The notes beneath the pieces are model-generated. The model saw only the letters and a list, made by a program, of their open reading frames with translations, was not told where the DNA came from and ran no database searches. A stretch of DNA of 36,465 nt from Basidiobolus meristosporus CBS 931.73 (lineage: Eukaryota > Fungi > Basidiobolomycota), in contig MCFE01000785.1 in assembly GCA_002104905.1 (NCBI GenBank), positions 1 to 36,465 on the forward strand, given 5' to 3'. The stretch's first letter is position 1, and every line of letters begins with the position of its first letter. The position numbers and the translations under genes were made by a program. This document shows positions 23,608 through 35,814 of the stretch, piece after piece.

Positions 23608-26200
23608 ATGGACAAGACTACTAGGATTGAATGCCATAAGAGAGGAGAAAGACAACCATGTGGCTATTGTACAAAACCTCTCAGCTATGAAGCATGCAGA
23701 CAGTATAGGAAGTATTACAAGGACAATTGCCAGTGTTTTGCCCCACAAGTCATATTTGACCATTCACTAGTCACTACTGTACCTTTAAATTTTTTGCTGG
23801 CCACTTCATACACCTACAATGGCACCTGGTCATACTTGTCACCTTGCACAAACTGAATCAGGTGAGTTTGCAATGCTTTTAGGCTCACCCAAGCCTTCCG
23901 AATATGGCATGCTGAGTGATAGCTCCAAAGAAGCATGCTCACTGATGGATTGTGAGCCTATCTTCCCCAACAACAGTACCCTGCATGAGTCTGGCAAAAT
24001 CCCAAAATGCAAAGAGACAACACCTGTAGAAAAAAATGCCAAGGATACTCTCTGGAGTCAAGTGAGCCTAGCAATCAATCTACTAGTGAATGATGTGATG
24101 TTATGGCTAGAGAAGTGGTGCATTTCCCCTAATGTTGGCAATGGGGGCTTTGAGGATTTACTACTGCTTCTTGCCAAAATTATCCCAGGATGCAACTTGT
24201 GCAAGGTATATATGGAAAACCATTGTGTGGCTGGCAACATATGGCCCAGAGACCATCCAGATACCAGCATGTATGGGCAGTTGCATGACATTCACATCAG
24301 AAAATGAACCATTGCAAGGTGTCCAAGTTGTCAGGAATCCACAACCATTGGGGGAAAACATTGTTCTCACCCTGGATAAATTCTGGTAATACCACATCTA
24401 AAGAAGCTCATGCAGTCCAACAAGTATTGAGATGCTATAAAGTACTGCGCTCAGTATCAATCAGGTTAGAACATATCAAATATATGTGATGGAAAACATC
24501 ACAGACAGCTAAGAAGCAAGGGCTACCTTGAAGGTATGTATGACCATCCCTTTGCCTTTGCACTTGATGGATTCACATTAAACCAGTACTCTACCAGCAA
24601 ATTCTGCTGGCCACTGATGCTCACCAACCTAAATTTGCCACCTGTTCTAGGGTATTAGAGCAGAAATCTGATGGTAGTCTCACTGGTATCTGGGCCTAAA
24701 TCACTTTCAAACCTGGATAGCTACCTGTATCTATTGCTGGATGCATTTTGTATGCTTTCCAGCAGGAGAACTGTAATCGGCTACCATATAAAGGCACATA
24801 TTATTATCTGCATTTGGGGACATCCCAACCATCAGCAAGATAGCTGGCTTTTCAGGGAACAATCAATGATATTGCTATTAAATGTGAGAGATCCAGGGGA
24901 CTTACTCCATAAGTTGCACAAATTATTATTACTCAAGCACCAACACTAAGGACATCATCTTTCTGCAGAGAGAACATACCATAGTCAGCATGCAATTGCA
25001 ACAAAGTTGGCACACTATAAGCTATTGGCCATAATGTGGAATAAATTGGAAACTGGAGATACTCAAGATACAGGGTACCCAGAGTACTTCTCATGGGCTC
25101 CAAGCAACATTCATATGCATATGTAACAATATAAGTGCAAGGACTGGATAAACAGGTCATGTTTTCATTCAAGTGGCCTTCTAATGCCATTTCTACTAAG
25201 AGTACATTGGTAGCATTGGGAGTCATATGTGGACATTGTAAGAATTTTTATCCAGACACAGATCACCAATTCAAATTTTACACATTTACAGCTTTTGTGC
25301 CAACAGTTTTAATGGGATATGAGTGGCTATACTACAAAAGCAAAGCTGAATGCATAGATCTCTGCCACTACTGTATCCATTTGCTACTCCATCTTACTTG
25401 GTGTGCTGACTACATTGAACCTTATTTGACCTTTTGGGAGTTTCCTATAGAGTGGATGCATGGGGAGATAGGAAGACAGGTCAAGTTGCAGGTATTACCA
25501 TATCCTAATCTCATTAAGAATATTACCTTTAAGTCTGTGATGGATGTGATGAGTTTACACATAGAGGAAAGCCAGGTAGAGCCGGAGAATACTGAGGACA
25601 GATGTGCTCATGGAGGCACCTATGCCTATGGCATTAAGAAGCTAAGCAACCGCAATGTGTGGGTAATCAGTTAAGTAATGCAAAGTTGGGTTGGGTGCAG
25701 CAAGCAACTAGTTTTTATCAGGAAAACTCTACAAAGGTATGCCAGATTTCTTGTGGTCACAATCCAATTTCTACACCACTAAATACCAAGAAGTTCTTTG
25801 CATATATTCAGGAGGTACTCATGGCAGAAGTGGCAGCAACTAAGCATATGCTTCAAGATGTTTATGTTACCAGCAATACAAGGTACATGGCAACTTTGCA
25901 AGCATCACACTAAAAAGCGGTAAAGTTGAAGTAATAGAAGTATGTCAATTGTGGCAGGTTTGCATGTTTGTAGTGGCTAGTAAGCAGTAGGACATAGTAT
26001 TTTTTGATTCAAACTATATGTGGAATACCCAAGGTAGTAGTGGGCAAGCAAATAAAGGGGAGTGATTCTACAGTGGAATATATGAACTGTGCAAGGGGAG
26101 GTAGAAAAAGGAAATGATATTTGGTAAATTAGTATGGAGGCATCATATAGAACTAGCTGTAGGCCACCATACTGCTGTGATAATACTATAGGAGGCTTGC
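23608..26200 (+). pseudogene. CACTA/En-Spm TnpD-like transposase (copy 4), disrupted
   Basis: ALDGF...CWPLMLTNLNLPP...VSLVSGPKSLSNLDSYLY (24550-24740) and HLTW...WEFPIEW motifs. Confidence 0.9.
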
Positions 26201-26569
26201 AATGAGTCTGTCAAAACACTTTTAGATATTTTGCAATACAATGCAATTGGTTCCCTATGAAAAATAATTTGGTCTCATGGGTGGATCCAATCCAGATCAT
26301 CCATCAAGATCCTGCTCAGAGACCGTCATAATAACAGCAGCTTGAAATTAGTGACCCTCCTAACAATCTTATAGCGGGATCATGACGGTGTTTTGCAAAT
26401 TTTACAGCCAAATAAAGGGATAAAACTTGACAGCTTTTGATTGGTGCTGTGACAGTATTCACATGTTATTGTTGCGGTCTTTCAGCGCTCTATTACTATT
26501 TTAAGTGGATTCAGTTGGCCAGGACTTCCAATTGTCTTATATGGTAAGAAACTTGACGGTATTTTGATG

Positions 26570-29417
26570 GCCTCACAGCAAGACTCTGATGGCTTTTTTT
26601 TGGCAGTATGATGGCCTGCCACTGGTTTGTATAATGCTACCATACCAATTTACCAAATGGTATTTTCTTTTTCTACCTCCCCTTGTGCAATTCATATATT
26701 CCACTGTAGAATCACCTTTCTTTGTTTGCTTACCCACTACTACCTTGGGTATTCCACATAGAGTTCAAATCAAAAAAAACTATGGCCTCCTGCTTACTAA
26801 CCTCTACAAATGCGCACACCTGCCGCAATTGACATACTTCTATCAACTCAACTTTATGGCTTTTTAGTGTGATACTTGCAAAGTTGCCATATACCTTGTA
26901 TTGCTGGTAACATAAACATCTTGCAAATATATGCTTGGTTATTGCCACTTCTGCCATGAGTACCTCCTGAATATTGGCAAAGAGCTTTTTGGTATTTAGC
27001 CAATATATTCCTTCTCCCTGCTGGATTCTAGTCCCCCTTATAGGTGCGCTCTGGCTCTTGTTTGTGTGAATTCCGTATTGAATTGTGTAGAAGTTGGCCT
27101 GTGACCACAAAAAATCTGGCATATCTTGGTGGAGTTTTCCTGATAAAAATTAGTTGCTTGTGGCATCCAACCCAACTTTGCATTACCTAACAGATTACCC
27201 ATGCATTGGGGCTGCTTAGCTTCTTAATGCCATAGGCATAGGTGTCTCCATGTTCACATTTGTCCTTAGTATTTTCCAACTCTTTCTGGCTGTCCTCCAT
27301 GTGCCAACTCATCACATCCATGATGGACTTGAAGGTAATATTTTTAATGAGATTGGGGTATGGTAGTACCTGCAACTTGACTTGTCTTCCTACCTCCCCA
27401 CACATCCACTCCATAGGAAACTCCCAAAAGGTGAAGCAAGGCCCAATATTCTCCACACACCATGCAAGATGGAGTAGAGAATGGATACAGTAGCGGCCGA
27501 AATCTACACGCTCAGCTTTATGCTTGTAGTATAGCCGCTCAAATCCTGTCACAAACTCCTCACACAACAGCTGTAGATGCATCAAGTTGGCATTGGTGAT
27601 CTGCTTCTGGATAAATATTCCTACAATGTCCACATATGGCTCCTAATGCTTCCAATGTACTCTTGGTAGGAATGGCTTCAGAACACCACTTGAATAAATA
27701 CATATCCAGTTCATCCAGTCTTTGCATTTGTATTGTTGCATATGTGTATGAATATTAATTGGAGCCTATGAGAAGTTCTTAGGGTAGCGGATTCTCTGTA
27801 ATATTTTGCCAATTTTTTCAAATATCTCCAGTATCTCAAAGGGATCATTTGCCTGAAATGCCCCATGTACAACTTGGTCATCAGTATAGGGATATTATTG
27901 AAAAGCAAATGCATTGCTCCCAGTGGAAAGCTTTTGCTCCAACAGATACCCTCTATCTTAAGTATCTCCGGTTTCCAATTGATTCCATTATCTGGCCAAT
28001 GGCTTATAGCTTGCAAACTTGCTGCAATTGCATGCTTACTTCTGTATGCTCTCTCTGTGGAAAGATGATGTTCTTGGTGCTGGTGTTTGGGTAATAATAA
28101 TGTGTGTGAGCTATAGAGTAAATCCCCTGGATCTCACACGTTCAGCAGCAATACTGTCCATTGTGCCCAGAAAAACCTGCTATCTTGCTGATGGCTGGGG
28201 TATCTCCAATGCAGATAATAATATGCACTTTTACATGATGGCCATTTACTGTTATCCCGCTGGAAAGCATACAAAATTCATTCAGCAATGGATACAGGTA
28301 GCAATCCAGGTTGGACAGTGATTTAGGCCCAGATACCAGGGAGACTACCATCAGATTATTGCTCTGATACCATAAGATGGGTGGCAGATTCAGATAGATG
28401 AGAATCAGTGGCCAACAGAATTTGTTGGTGGGGTATTTGTTTAATGAGAAGCCATCAAGTGCTAAATCAAAGGCATGGTCATATATACCTTCAAAGTAGC
28501 CCTTGCTTCTTAGCTGTATGTATGTTTGCCATCAAGTATGTTGGATATGTTTGAACTTGATTGATACTGAGTGCAGTACTGTATAGCTTTGCAATATTTG
28601 TTGGACTGCATCAGCTTCCTCAGATGGGGAATGACCAGAATATATCTGGAGTGTGAACAATATTTTCCCTCAATGGTGGTGGATTCCAGACAATTTGGAC
28701 ACATTGCAATGGTAGCATTTTTGGATGTGAATGCCATGCAACTGTTAACACATGCTGGAATCAGGACAGTCTCTGGATCATATGTTGCCAGCTGCATGAC
28801 AGTTGTCCACTTGTACCATGTACATGGTAAGTTGCATCCCGGTACGATTTGGCAAGAAGTAGTAATAAATCCTCAAAGCCCCCATTACTGATACTAGTGG
28901 AAATGCGCCACTTCTCTAGCCACAACATCACATCATTCACCAGCAGATGGATTACTGGGCTCATTTGGCTCCATAAAGTATCCTTGGCATTTGTCTCAAT
29001 AGGTGTTGTCTCATTGCATATAGGGATTTGACTGCGCTCATATGTGGTACTGTTGTTAGGGGAGATAGGCTCAAAATCCATCAGTGAACCTTCTTTGTCA
29101 GAGCTATCACTCTGTATGCCATATTCAGGAGGCTGAGGCAAGCCTAAAGGCTTCACAAACTCACCTGACTCAGTTTGAGCAAGGTGACAAAGACAGCCAG
29201 GTGCCAACATAGAAGTATCAACTGGCAACAAAGATAATGTTGGTACAGTAGTGACCAATGAATGGTCAAATATGACCTGGGTGGCAAAACACTGGCCGTG
29301 ATCCTTGTAATACTTCCTATGCTGTCTGCATGGTTCATGGCTGAGAGGCTTGCCACAATAGCCACATGGTCTTTTTTCTCTTCTCTTACAGCATTGAGTC
29401 AAAGTAGTCTTGTTCAT
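26570..29417 (-). pseudogene. CACTA/En-Spm TnpD-like transposase (copy 5), about 950 codons, disrupted
   Basis: GPKSLSNLDCYLYPLLNEF, IGDTPAISKIAGFSGHNGQYCC, FPLGAMHLLFNNI and HLAWCVENIGPCFTFWEFPMEWMCG are all typical of Tnp2/TnpD-type proteins. Confidence 0.92.
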
Positions 29418-29676
29418 GGGGCAAACAGTTTGACCTTCAACAACATAACGCTATTATATCACTTTTTGGTCAATACTCATGTGAACTTAAGACAGTCTTG
29501 TATTTGAGACTTTAGACTTGTTCCGTTGGATAGTGCCACATAGTGCCAGCCTGTTTATGGTGCCAGATTGATCTGGCACTATAATTTCTACCATGATGCC
29601 AGTGGTATGATACAGTTACTGGTAATTTTACTCAATCTTACTTATGTTGCTCAGAATAGTGCTTTCCTTGCTTTAT

Positions 29677-30561
29677 TTACTCTTCATAATGCTCCAGACA
29701 CATTTCTCTCAGTGGATGTCTTCTTGTATGAACATACTGTGAATTAATAAGTATCTTCACTATTTTACCTATTCTGCTGTTTTCTCCTATATATGACTTT
29801 CTTCTGTATTTACCTGCCAGTATGCTGAATCTCTTCAGATATCCAAATGTGTGCTCTATCCTTACTCTGAAATGATTAAATATCTCATTGTAGAGCTTAT
29901 ACTTCCTGCTAAGCACACTATTCCTTGGCTTCCTATAAGCTGTAATACATCCCAATCTCTGACAATCCTCTCCTATATAGGCTAAGTCTGCCATACATTT
30001 CTCCCTTCTACTGAATTCAGGATGATTCTCTACCCAGAGTGCTTTGTCATGCCTACTTCCAGCAAATGGCCCACTAAACCAGATGATGTTACCCTCAATG
30101 TCAGACAGTGCTTGAAACTTCACACAGTGTGCCTTGTACTTGCCAGAATAAAAGTGCCTCTGCCCTCTAGAAGGTCTGTTAATCCTCACTGGGAAGGTAT
30201 CCAAAATACTCCTGATATGGAACCTGTTGCTGAACACTCTGGGATATGGAAGTCTATTGGAGCTTCTGAACCTAGTATTCCAAGCTTGCTCTAAGTCATT
30301 CATACCCTCTGCAAGGTGGTTCTCCATTACTGTCAGCTGGGAATGAAAGATTCTAGGACTTTTGTTGCCATGGATGGTGGGATGAAACCTTGTAGGGCAA
30401 TAGTTCTTGTAATAGCAGAGAAGCTTAACAAGGGATCTCCTTGAGTAGATTGGGGTTGATGGTCCACAGTACTTGGAATAGATCTCCTCTAGTGTGTCAA
30501 AAGGAAATCCAGTGGTAGTGATGGGATTGATGAGAAAAGACCATTCAGATGAGTAAGTCAT
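29677..30561 (-). CDS. DDE transposase of the IS5/PIF-Harbinger type (DDE_Tnp_4-like), 294 aa, uninterrupted
   Basis: ILDT, YSGKYKAHCVKFQ, SGPFAGSRHD, MADLAY and RVRIEHTFGYLKRFSIL motifs. Confidence 0.93.
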   Translation of the reverse strand: MTYSSEWSFLINPITTTGFPFDTLEEIYSKYCGPSTPIYSRRSLVKLLCYYKNYCPTRFHPTIHGNKSPRIFHSQLTVMENHLAEGMNDLEQAWNTRFRSSNRLPYPRVFSNRFHIRSILDTFPVRINRPSRGQRHFYSGKYKAHCVKFQALSDIEGNIIWFSGPFAGSRHDKALWVENHPEFSRREKCMADLAYIGEDCQRLGCITAYRKPRNSVLSRKYKLYNEIFNHFRVRIEHTFGYLKRFSILAGKYRRKSYIGENSRIGKIVKILINSQYVHTRRHPLREMCLEHYEE

Positions 30562-30920
30562 ATTGAAATTGATGGATGATTGTATGTAGGCGGTTTGAAT
30601 TGATTTGGCACAATCTGCGTTATTTATCTGATTTTTAATATATTATGGTTATATCTCCATCAATTGCCATGTATCCCATCATTATGTCACAAAAATCATC
30701 CGCAAACAATGCCTTGGTACTTTTATTGATGCTTTAATCATAGGTCTATAATTAAATAGGAAATCTGCAATTGATGTGATCTGATCCATGTCAACACAAT
30801 CCAAGAAGCATCATGCATAATATATGGAAAATTCAACAATCACAGTAGTTTTCATATATATTTCATATAAGACCAGGTAGATGCCAATATACTACTGTAT
30901 AAGTATCCAAATCCGTTGCT

Positions 30921-32168
30921 ATGGTCCCCATACCAAGCCTCAACTCATCTTTAGTACAACCCAGACAAAACCCATCCCCCAGCTCACAGGCGCGGTCCAG
31001 ACCGGAGAAGTTGATGTTGGATCCGTTTGAGTTCTTGCCAAATGATTTTAGTATGGCCCAAGTGTCTATGATGAGCCTTCATTCAGATATTTGGGCACTA
31101 CTGATTAATCTTGCAGAACTAGATACCTCAGAGAGTTGACAAAGATGGAAGAATTTGAGTAGAAAGCTGTGGCATGAGTTCTTCATCAAGATGCCAGCCA
31201 ATGTATGTAAGAAGATATATAACAAGACAAGTATTGAAATCAAGAATGAGCTGAGAGTGAGGGGATTTGACAAAGAAGCCACACGGGAACAATTTCGTGT
31301 GCAATTTGCACAGTACAGGCCGGACACATCCATTTGTGCCTCAACTTTGGGAACCAAAGAGATTCTGAATGAGTTTTTGTCTCAAATGACTAATGTACTA
31401 CGTGATATATTAGTAGAGCTAAGTGGCTTCCAAGAGCAATATACACAGGCCTCATCCAGGCAACAGCTCCAAAGTATCAGACAGAGGGTAAGTGAATACC
31501 TTGAGGAATCAGATGGTGAGCTTCAGGAGGAAGAATACAGACCGCAAGCAACAGCATCCAGATTGCACCAGCACACCTCGCTGGATTCCCTACCATCTCT
31601 TGGAACCACAGCGTGCCGGCACACGTCAGTCCAGACCACACCAACACCCTTTACCAGAACGCCCTGCGTCAAGTCAATGTGCATTGAGTCAATGCACGCG
31701 CTTCAGAGCACAACTACAAGAACTTGCCAAACTGCTCATTTAGACACAAGTCCATTGGAGCAGACCAAGTTGTGTCAACATGCAGCATCACATTGAACTC
31801 AGCCAAGGGCCATCTCAACGCGTCAAGGTGTGCCTGCGCATGCTGTTTTGCCTGACCATCAGCAAGTTACTTCCGGTGAACTGACTGATGATGACCAACA
31901 TGAAGTGCCTCAACCACCGGAGCCCTTGGCAAGTAAAAGAATGCGTCAGTGTGTGGCACTACAGGCTGGTTCAGTTGGTTCAGTTGGAGTAATTCAGCGC
32001 AGCCAAGCTGTAGCATTGCACTCATCAACTAGGAGGCAAAATACTGACTACAAATACACAAGTAGCCAAGATGATAGTCAGCCAGGAAGTAGTATAGGTG
32101 TGCAAAGTGAGTCACTACCAAATGCTTCAGTAGTAATCCCTGTGAGAAAAAAACCCAGGAGAAGATGA
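30921..32168 (+). pseudogene. PHIS partner gene in H1, 416 codons with two in-frame TGA stops (31137, 31794)
   Basis: ORFs 30921..31139, 31155..31796 and 31830..32168 share one frame and are homologous to H0 and H2. Confidence 0.85.
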
Positions 32169-33039
32169 TGCAATTGCTTTGAATTGCTCACATTTGTAAT
32201 GATCCCAACAACCTTTTTTTTTGCGATCCAAATTGAGCCATCGCAAATCAGTGATCATCAAATTTTTGATATAAGTAATATCAAGGTTGTCTCACATTTG
32301 AGACAGAACCCCTATAAATAAACATCCTGCATATATATATGTCATCTGTAATACCAGTGCAGCTATTGGATCTGTTTTGCACCAACACAATTGCTTGCGT
32401 GCTAGCTATGACACCTTGTCCAACCACCAGGATCAGGGATTTACTTTCTCAATGGGCAAAATGGGATATTTGATGGCAAATCAGGTAGCTTTTTCAGTAG
32501 TCAATGAGCCAATTGGGGGCTGCCAGCTTCAGGATACTTTTGGACCAATTAACCACTGAGATACCGTCCAATTGGAGTGAGGGTAACCAAAATGGTAAGT
32601 ATCAGTGTAGTTTATAGTGTGATACACATTTATTTCCATTTACATTAAAGAAACATATCCAAATACCGGATTTTACCTGCCATTATAGCGGTATCCAATT
32701 GCGCATGTGATGCAAACATTACAAGTTGGTGCGATTATCCGTGCCAACCTCATCATGTCAGATTGTGCCATAGTGTGTGAGATTGTCCCACATAGTGCAA
32801 AATTGTCTACAAATGATCCTGCCTTCTGGTAGCTATAATATCACGCCCAATTGTTCTTTACAACCGCGGATTGCGCCATGCGCCCTGGCACGGTACAATG
32901 GAACAAGTCTATTGCACCTACATGAATGTAAGATTCAATGATGACCTGCCATAGTAAGCATTATAAATAAAGTTGTAGCACCACATACACATGTATATGT
33001 AACACTATTTCCCTTTTGGTTTGACTCACTTCCATATAT

Positions 33040-33482
33040 ATGCTGCCAAAGAATAAAGCAAAGTTCTCTGGTTCTCAACCAAACCCCACTGCTGACAGTA
33101 ACAGAAGAATGGTTGGACAACAGCTTGCTTAGACATTCAGTGCAACAAGCAGGGCTACATCTAAAAAAGGCCCTGTGGACAGTGTGCCCATTGAAGGTAA
33201 TAATGTGGACTCCTCAGGCTCTCAGTCAAGTAGGCAATTGCAAACCTCTGCGGAGCCACAAGCTGACCATTATGCTCAGGCTGATGAGAATGTAGCAAAT
33301 GCAGTACCCTCTGTTGAAGATCAGCATGTGGCCATGATAACATCACCACCACCCATATTAGCAAGTATGTTGTCAGCTCATACCAAAGCATCAACAAGGC
33401 AGTTAGGTGCAGTGGCTGATAGGATAGATGCAATGGCACAGAGAAATCAGGAAGTAGTCCAGAAACAGGATGAGCAGATAAT
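33040..33482 (+). pseudogene. ORF-X 5' part (copy 5), cut by H2
   Basis: ATGCTGCCAAAGAATAAAGCA start, homologous to the minus-strand starts at 12411 and 23386. Confidence 0.75.
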
Positions 33483-34224
33483 AGACTTGTTCCATTGTAC
33501 CGTGCCAGGGCGCACGGCGCAATCCGCGGTCGTAAAGAGCAATCAGGCGCGATATCCTAGCTACCACAAGGCAGGATTGGTCTTGAACAATTTTGCACTA
33601 TGCGGGACAATCTCGCACACTATGGCACAATCTGACATGATGAGGTTGGCACGGATGATTGTGCCAACTTGTAATGTTTGCATCACATGCGCAATTGGAT
33701 ACCGCTATAATGGCAGGTAAAATCCGGTATTTGGATATGTTTATTTAATGTAAATGGAAATAAATATGTATCACACTATAAACTACACTGATACTTACCA
33801 TTTTGGTTACCCTCACTCCAATTGGACGGTATCTCAGTGGTTAATTGGTCCAAAAGTATCCTGAAGCTGGCAGCCCCCAATTGGCTTGTTGACTACTGAA
33901 AAAGCTACCTGATTTGCCATCAAATATCCCATTTTGCCCATTGAGCAAGTAAATCCCAGATCCTAGCGATTGGACAAGGTGTCATAGCTAGCACACAAGC
34001 AATTGTGTAGGTGCAAAACAGATCCAATAGCTGCACTGGTATTACAGATGACATATATATATGCAGGGTGTTTATTTATAGGGGTTCTGTCTCAAATGTG
34101 AGACAACCTTGATATTACTTATATCAAAAATTTGATGATCACTGATTTGCGATGGCTCAATTTGGATCGCAAAAAAAAAGGTTGTTGGGATCATTACAAA
34201 TGTGAGCAATTCAAAGTGATTGCA

Positions 34225-35457
34225 TCATCTTCTCCTGGGTTTTTTTCTCACAGGGATTACTACTGAAGCATTTGGTAGTGACTCACTTTGCACACCCATA
34301 CTACTTCCTGGCTGACTATCATCTTGGCTACTTGTGTATTTGTAGTCAGTATTTTGCCTCCTAGTTGATGAGTGTGATGCTGCAGCTTGGCCGCGCTGAA
34401 TTGCTCCAACTGAACCAACTGAACCGGCCTGTAGTGCCACGTGCTGATGCGTTCTTTTACTTGCCAAGGGCTCCGGTGGTTGAGGCACTTCATGTTGGTC
34501 ATCATCAGTCAGTTCACCAGAAGTAACTTGCTGATGGTCAGGCAAAACGGTACATGCAGGCGCGCCTTGACGCGTTGAGATGGCCCTTGGCTGAGTTTGA
34601 TGTGATGCCACATGTTGACGCAACTTGGTCTACTCCAATGGACTTGTGTCTAAATGAGCAGTTTGGCAAGTTCTTGTAGTATCGCTCTGAAGCGCGCAAG
34701 TTGACTTGACGTGGGGCGTTCTGGCAAAGGGTGTTGGCGTGGTCTGGACTGACGTGCGCCGGCACGCTGTGGTTGCAAGAGATGGTAAGGAATCCAGCAA
34801 GGCATGCTGGTGCAATCTGGACAATGTTGCTCGCGGTCTGTATTCTTCCTCCTGATGCTCACCATCTGATTCCTCAAGGTATTCACTTACCCTCTGTCTG
34901 ATACTTTGGAGCTGTTGCCTGGATGAGTCCTGTGTATATTGCTCTCGGAAGCCACTTAGCACTACTAATATATCACGTAGTACATTAGTCATTTGAGGCA
35001 AAAACTCATTCAAAATCTCTTTGGTTCCCAAAGTTGAGGCACAAATGGACGCGTCTGGCCCGTACTGTGCAAATTGAGCGCAAAATTGTTCCCGTGTGGC
35101 TTCTTTGTCAAATCCCCTCACTCTCAGCTCATTCTTGATATCAATACTTGTCTTGTTATATATCTTTTTACATACATTGGCTGGCATCTTGATGAAGAAC
35201 TCATGCCACAGCTTTCTACTCCAATTCTTCCATCTTTGTCGACTCTCTGAGGTATCTAGTTCTGCTAGATTAATCAGTAGTGCCCAAATATCTGTATGAA
35301 GGCTCATCATAGACACTTGGGCCATACTAAAATCATTTGGCAAGAACTTGAACGGATCCAATATTGACTTCTCCGGTCCAGACTGTGCTTGTGAGCTGGG
35401 GGATGGGTTTTGTCTGGGTTGTACTAAAGATGGGTTGCAACTTGATATGGGGACCAT
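34225..35457 (-). pseudogene. PHIS partner gene in H2, one in-frame TAG (34630-34632)
   Basis: ORFs 34630..35457 and 34225..34623 share one frame. Confidence 0.85.
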
Positions 35458-35814
35458 AGCAACAGATTTGGATACTTATACAGCAGTATATTGGCATCAA
35501 CCTGGTCTTATATGAAATATATATGAGAACTAATGTGATTGTTGAATTTTCCATATATTATGCATGATGCATCTTGGATCGCGTTGACATGGATCAGATC
35601 ACATCAATAGCAGATTTCCTATTTGATTATAGACCTATGATTAAAGCATCAGTAAAAGTACCAAGGCATTGTTTGCGGATGATTTTTGCAACATAATGAT
35701 GGGATACATGGCAATTGATGGAGATATAACCATAATGTATTAAAAATCAGATAAATAACGCAGATTGCGCCAAATTGATTCAAACTGCCTCCATACAATC
35801 ATCCATCAATTTCA

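Larger units (their letters stand above)
21030..26252 (+). mobile_element. CACTA-like copy 4: the most complete layout, but diverged and cut near its right end by copy 5
   Basis: Eroded left end TGCTATGAAGAATAATTG, then ORF-X on the minus strand and transposase on the plus strand. Confidence 0.85.
29514..32910 (-). mobile_element. PHIS (PIF/Harbinger-related) element H1, complete, 3397 bp
   Basis: TIRs AGACTTGTTCCGTTG / CAATGGAACAAGTCT (14/15 match). Flanks TTT / ATT where the empty host site reads GAGAC-ATT-GCACC. Confidence 0.92.
26253..33482 (-). mobile_element. CACTA-like copy 5 (minus orientation), interrupted by H1 and H2; its left end is outside the window
   Basis: Right end CCCTATGAAAAATAATTTGG at 26253. 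Host sequence TTTGAGAC|ATTGCACC is split by H1. 32911-33482 continues through the inter-gene spacer into ORF-X. Confidence 0.88.

Noticed and set aside
29677-30561. Bacterial IS5-family insertion sequence or bacterial contamination
   Set aside because: It is embedded among LTR retrotransposons and CACTA-like elements, is paired with an NLS-bearing partner gene and shows CpG decay. A eukaryotic PHIS element explains it better.
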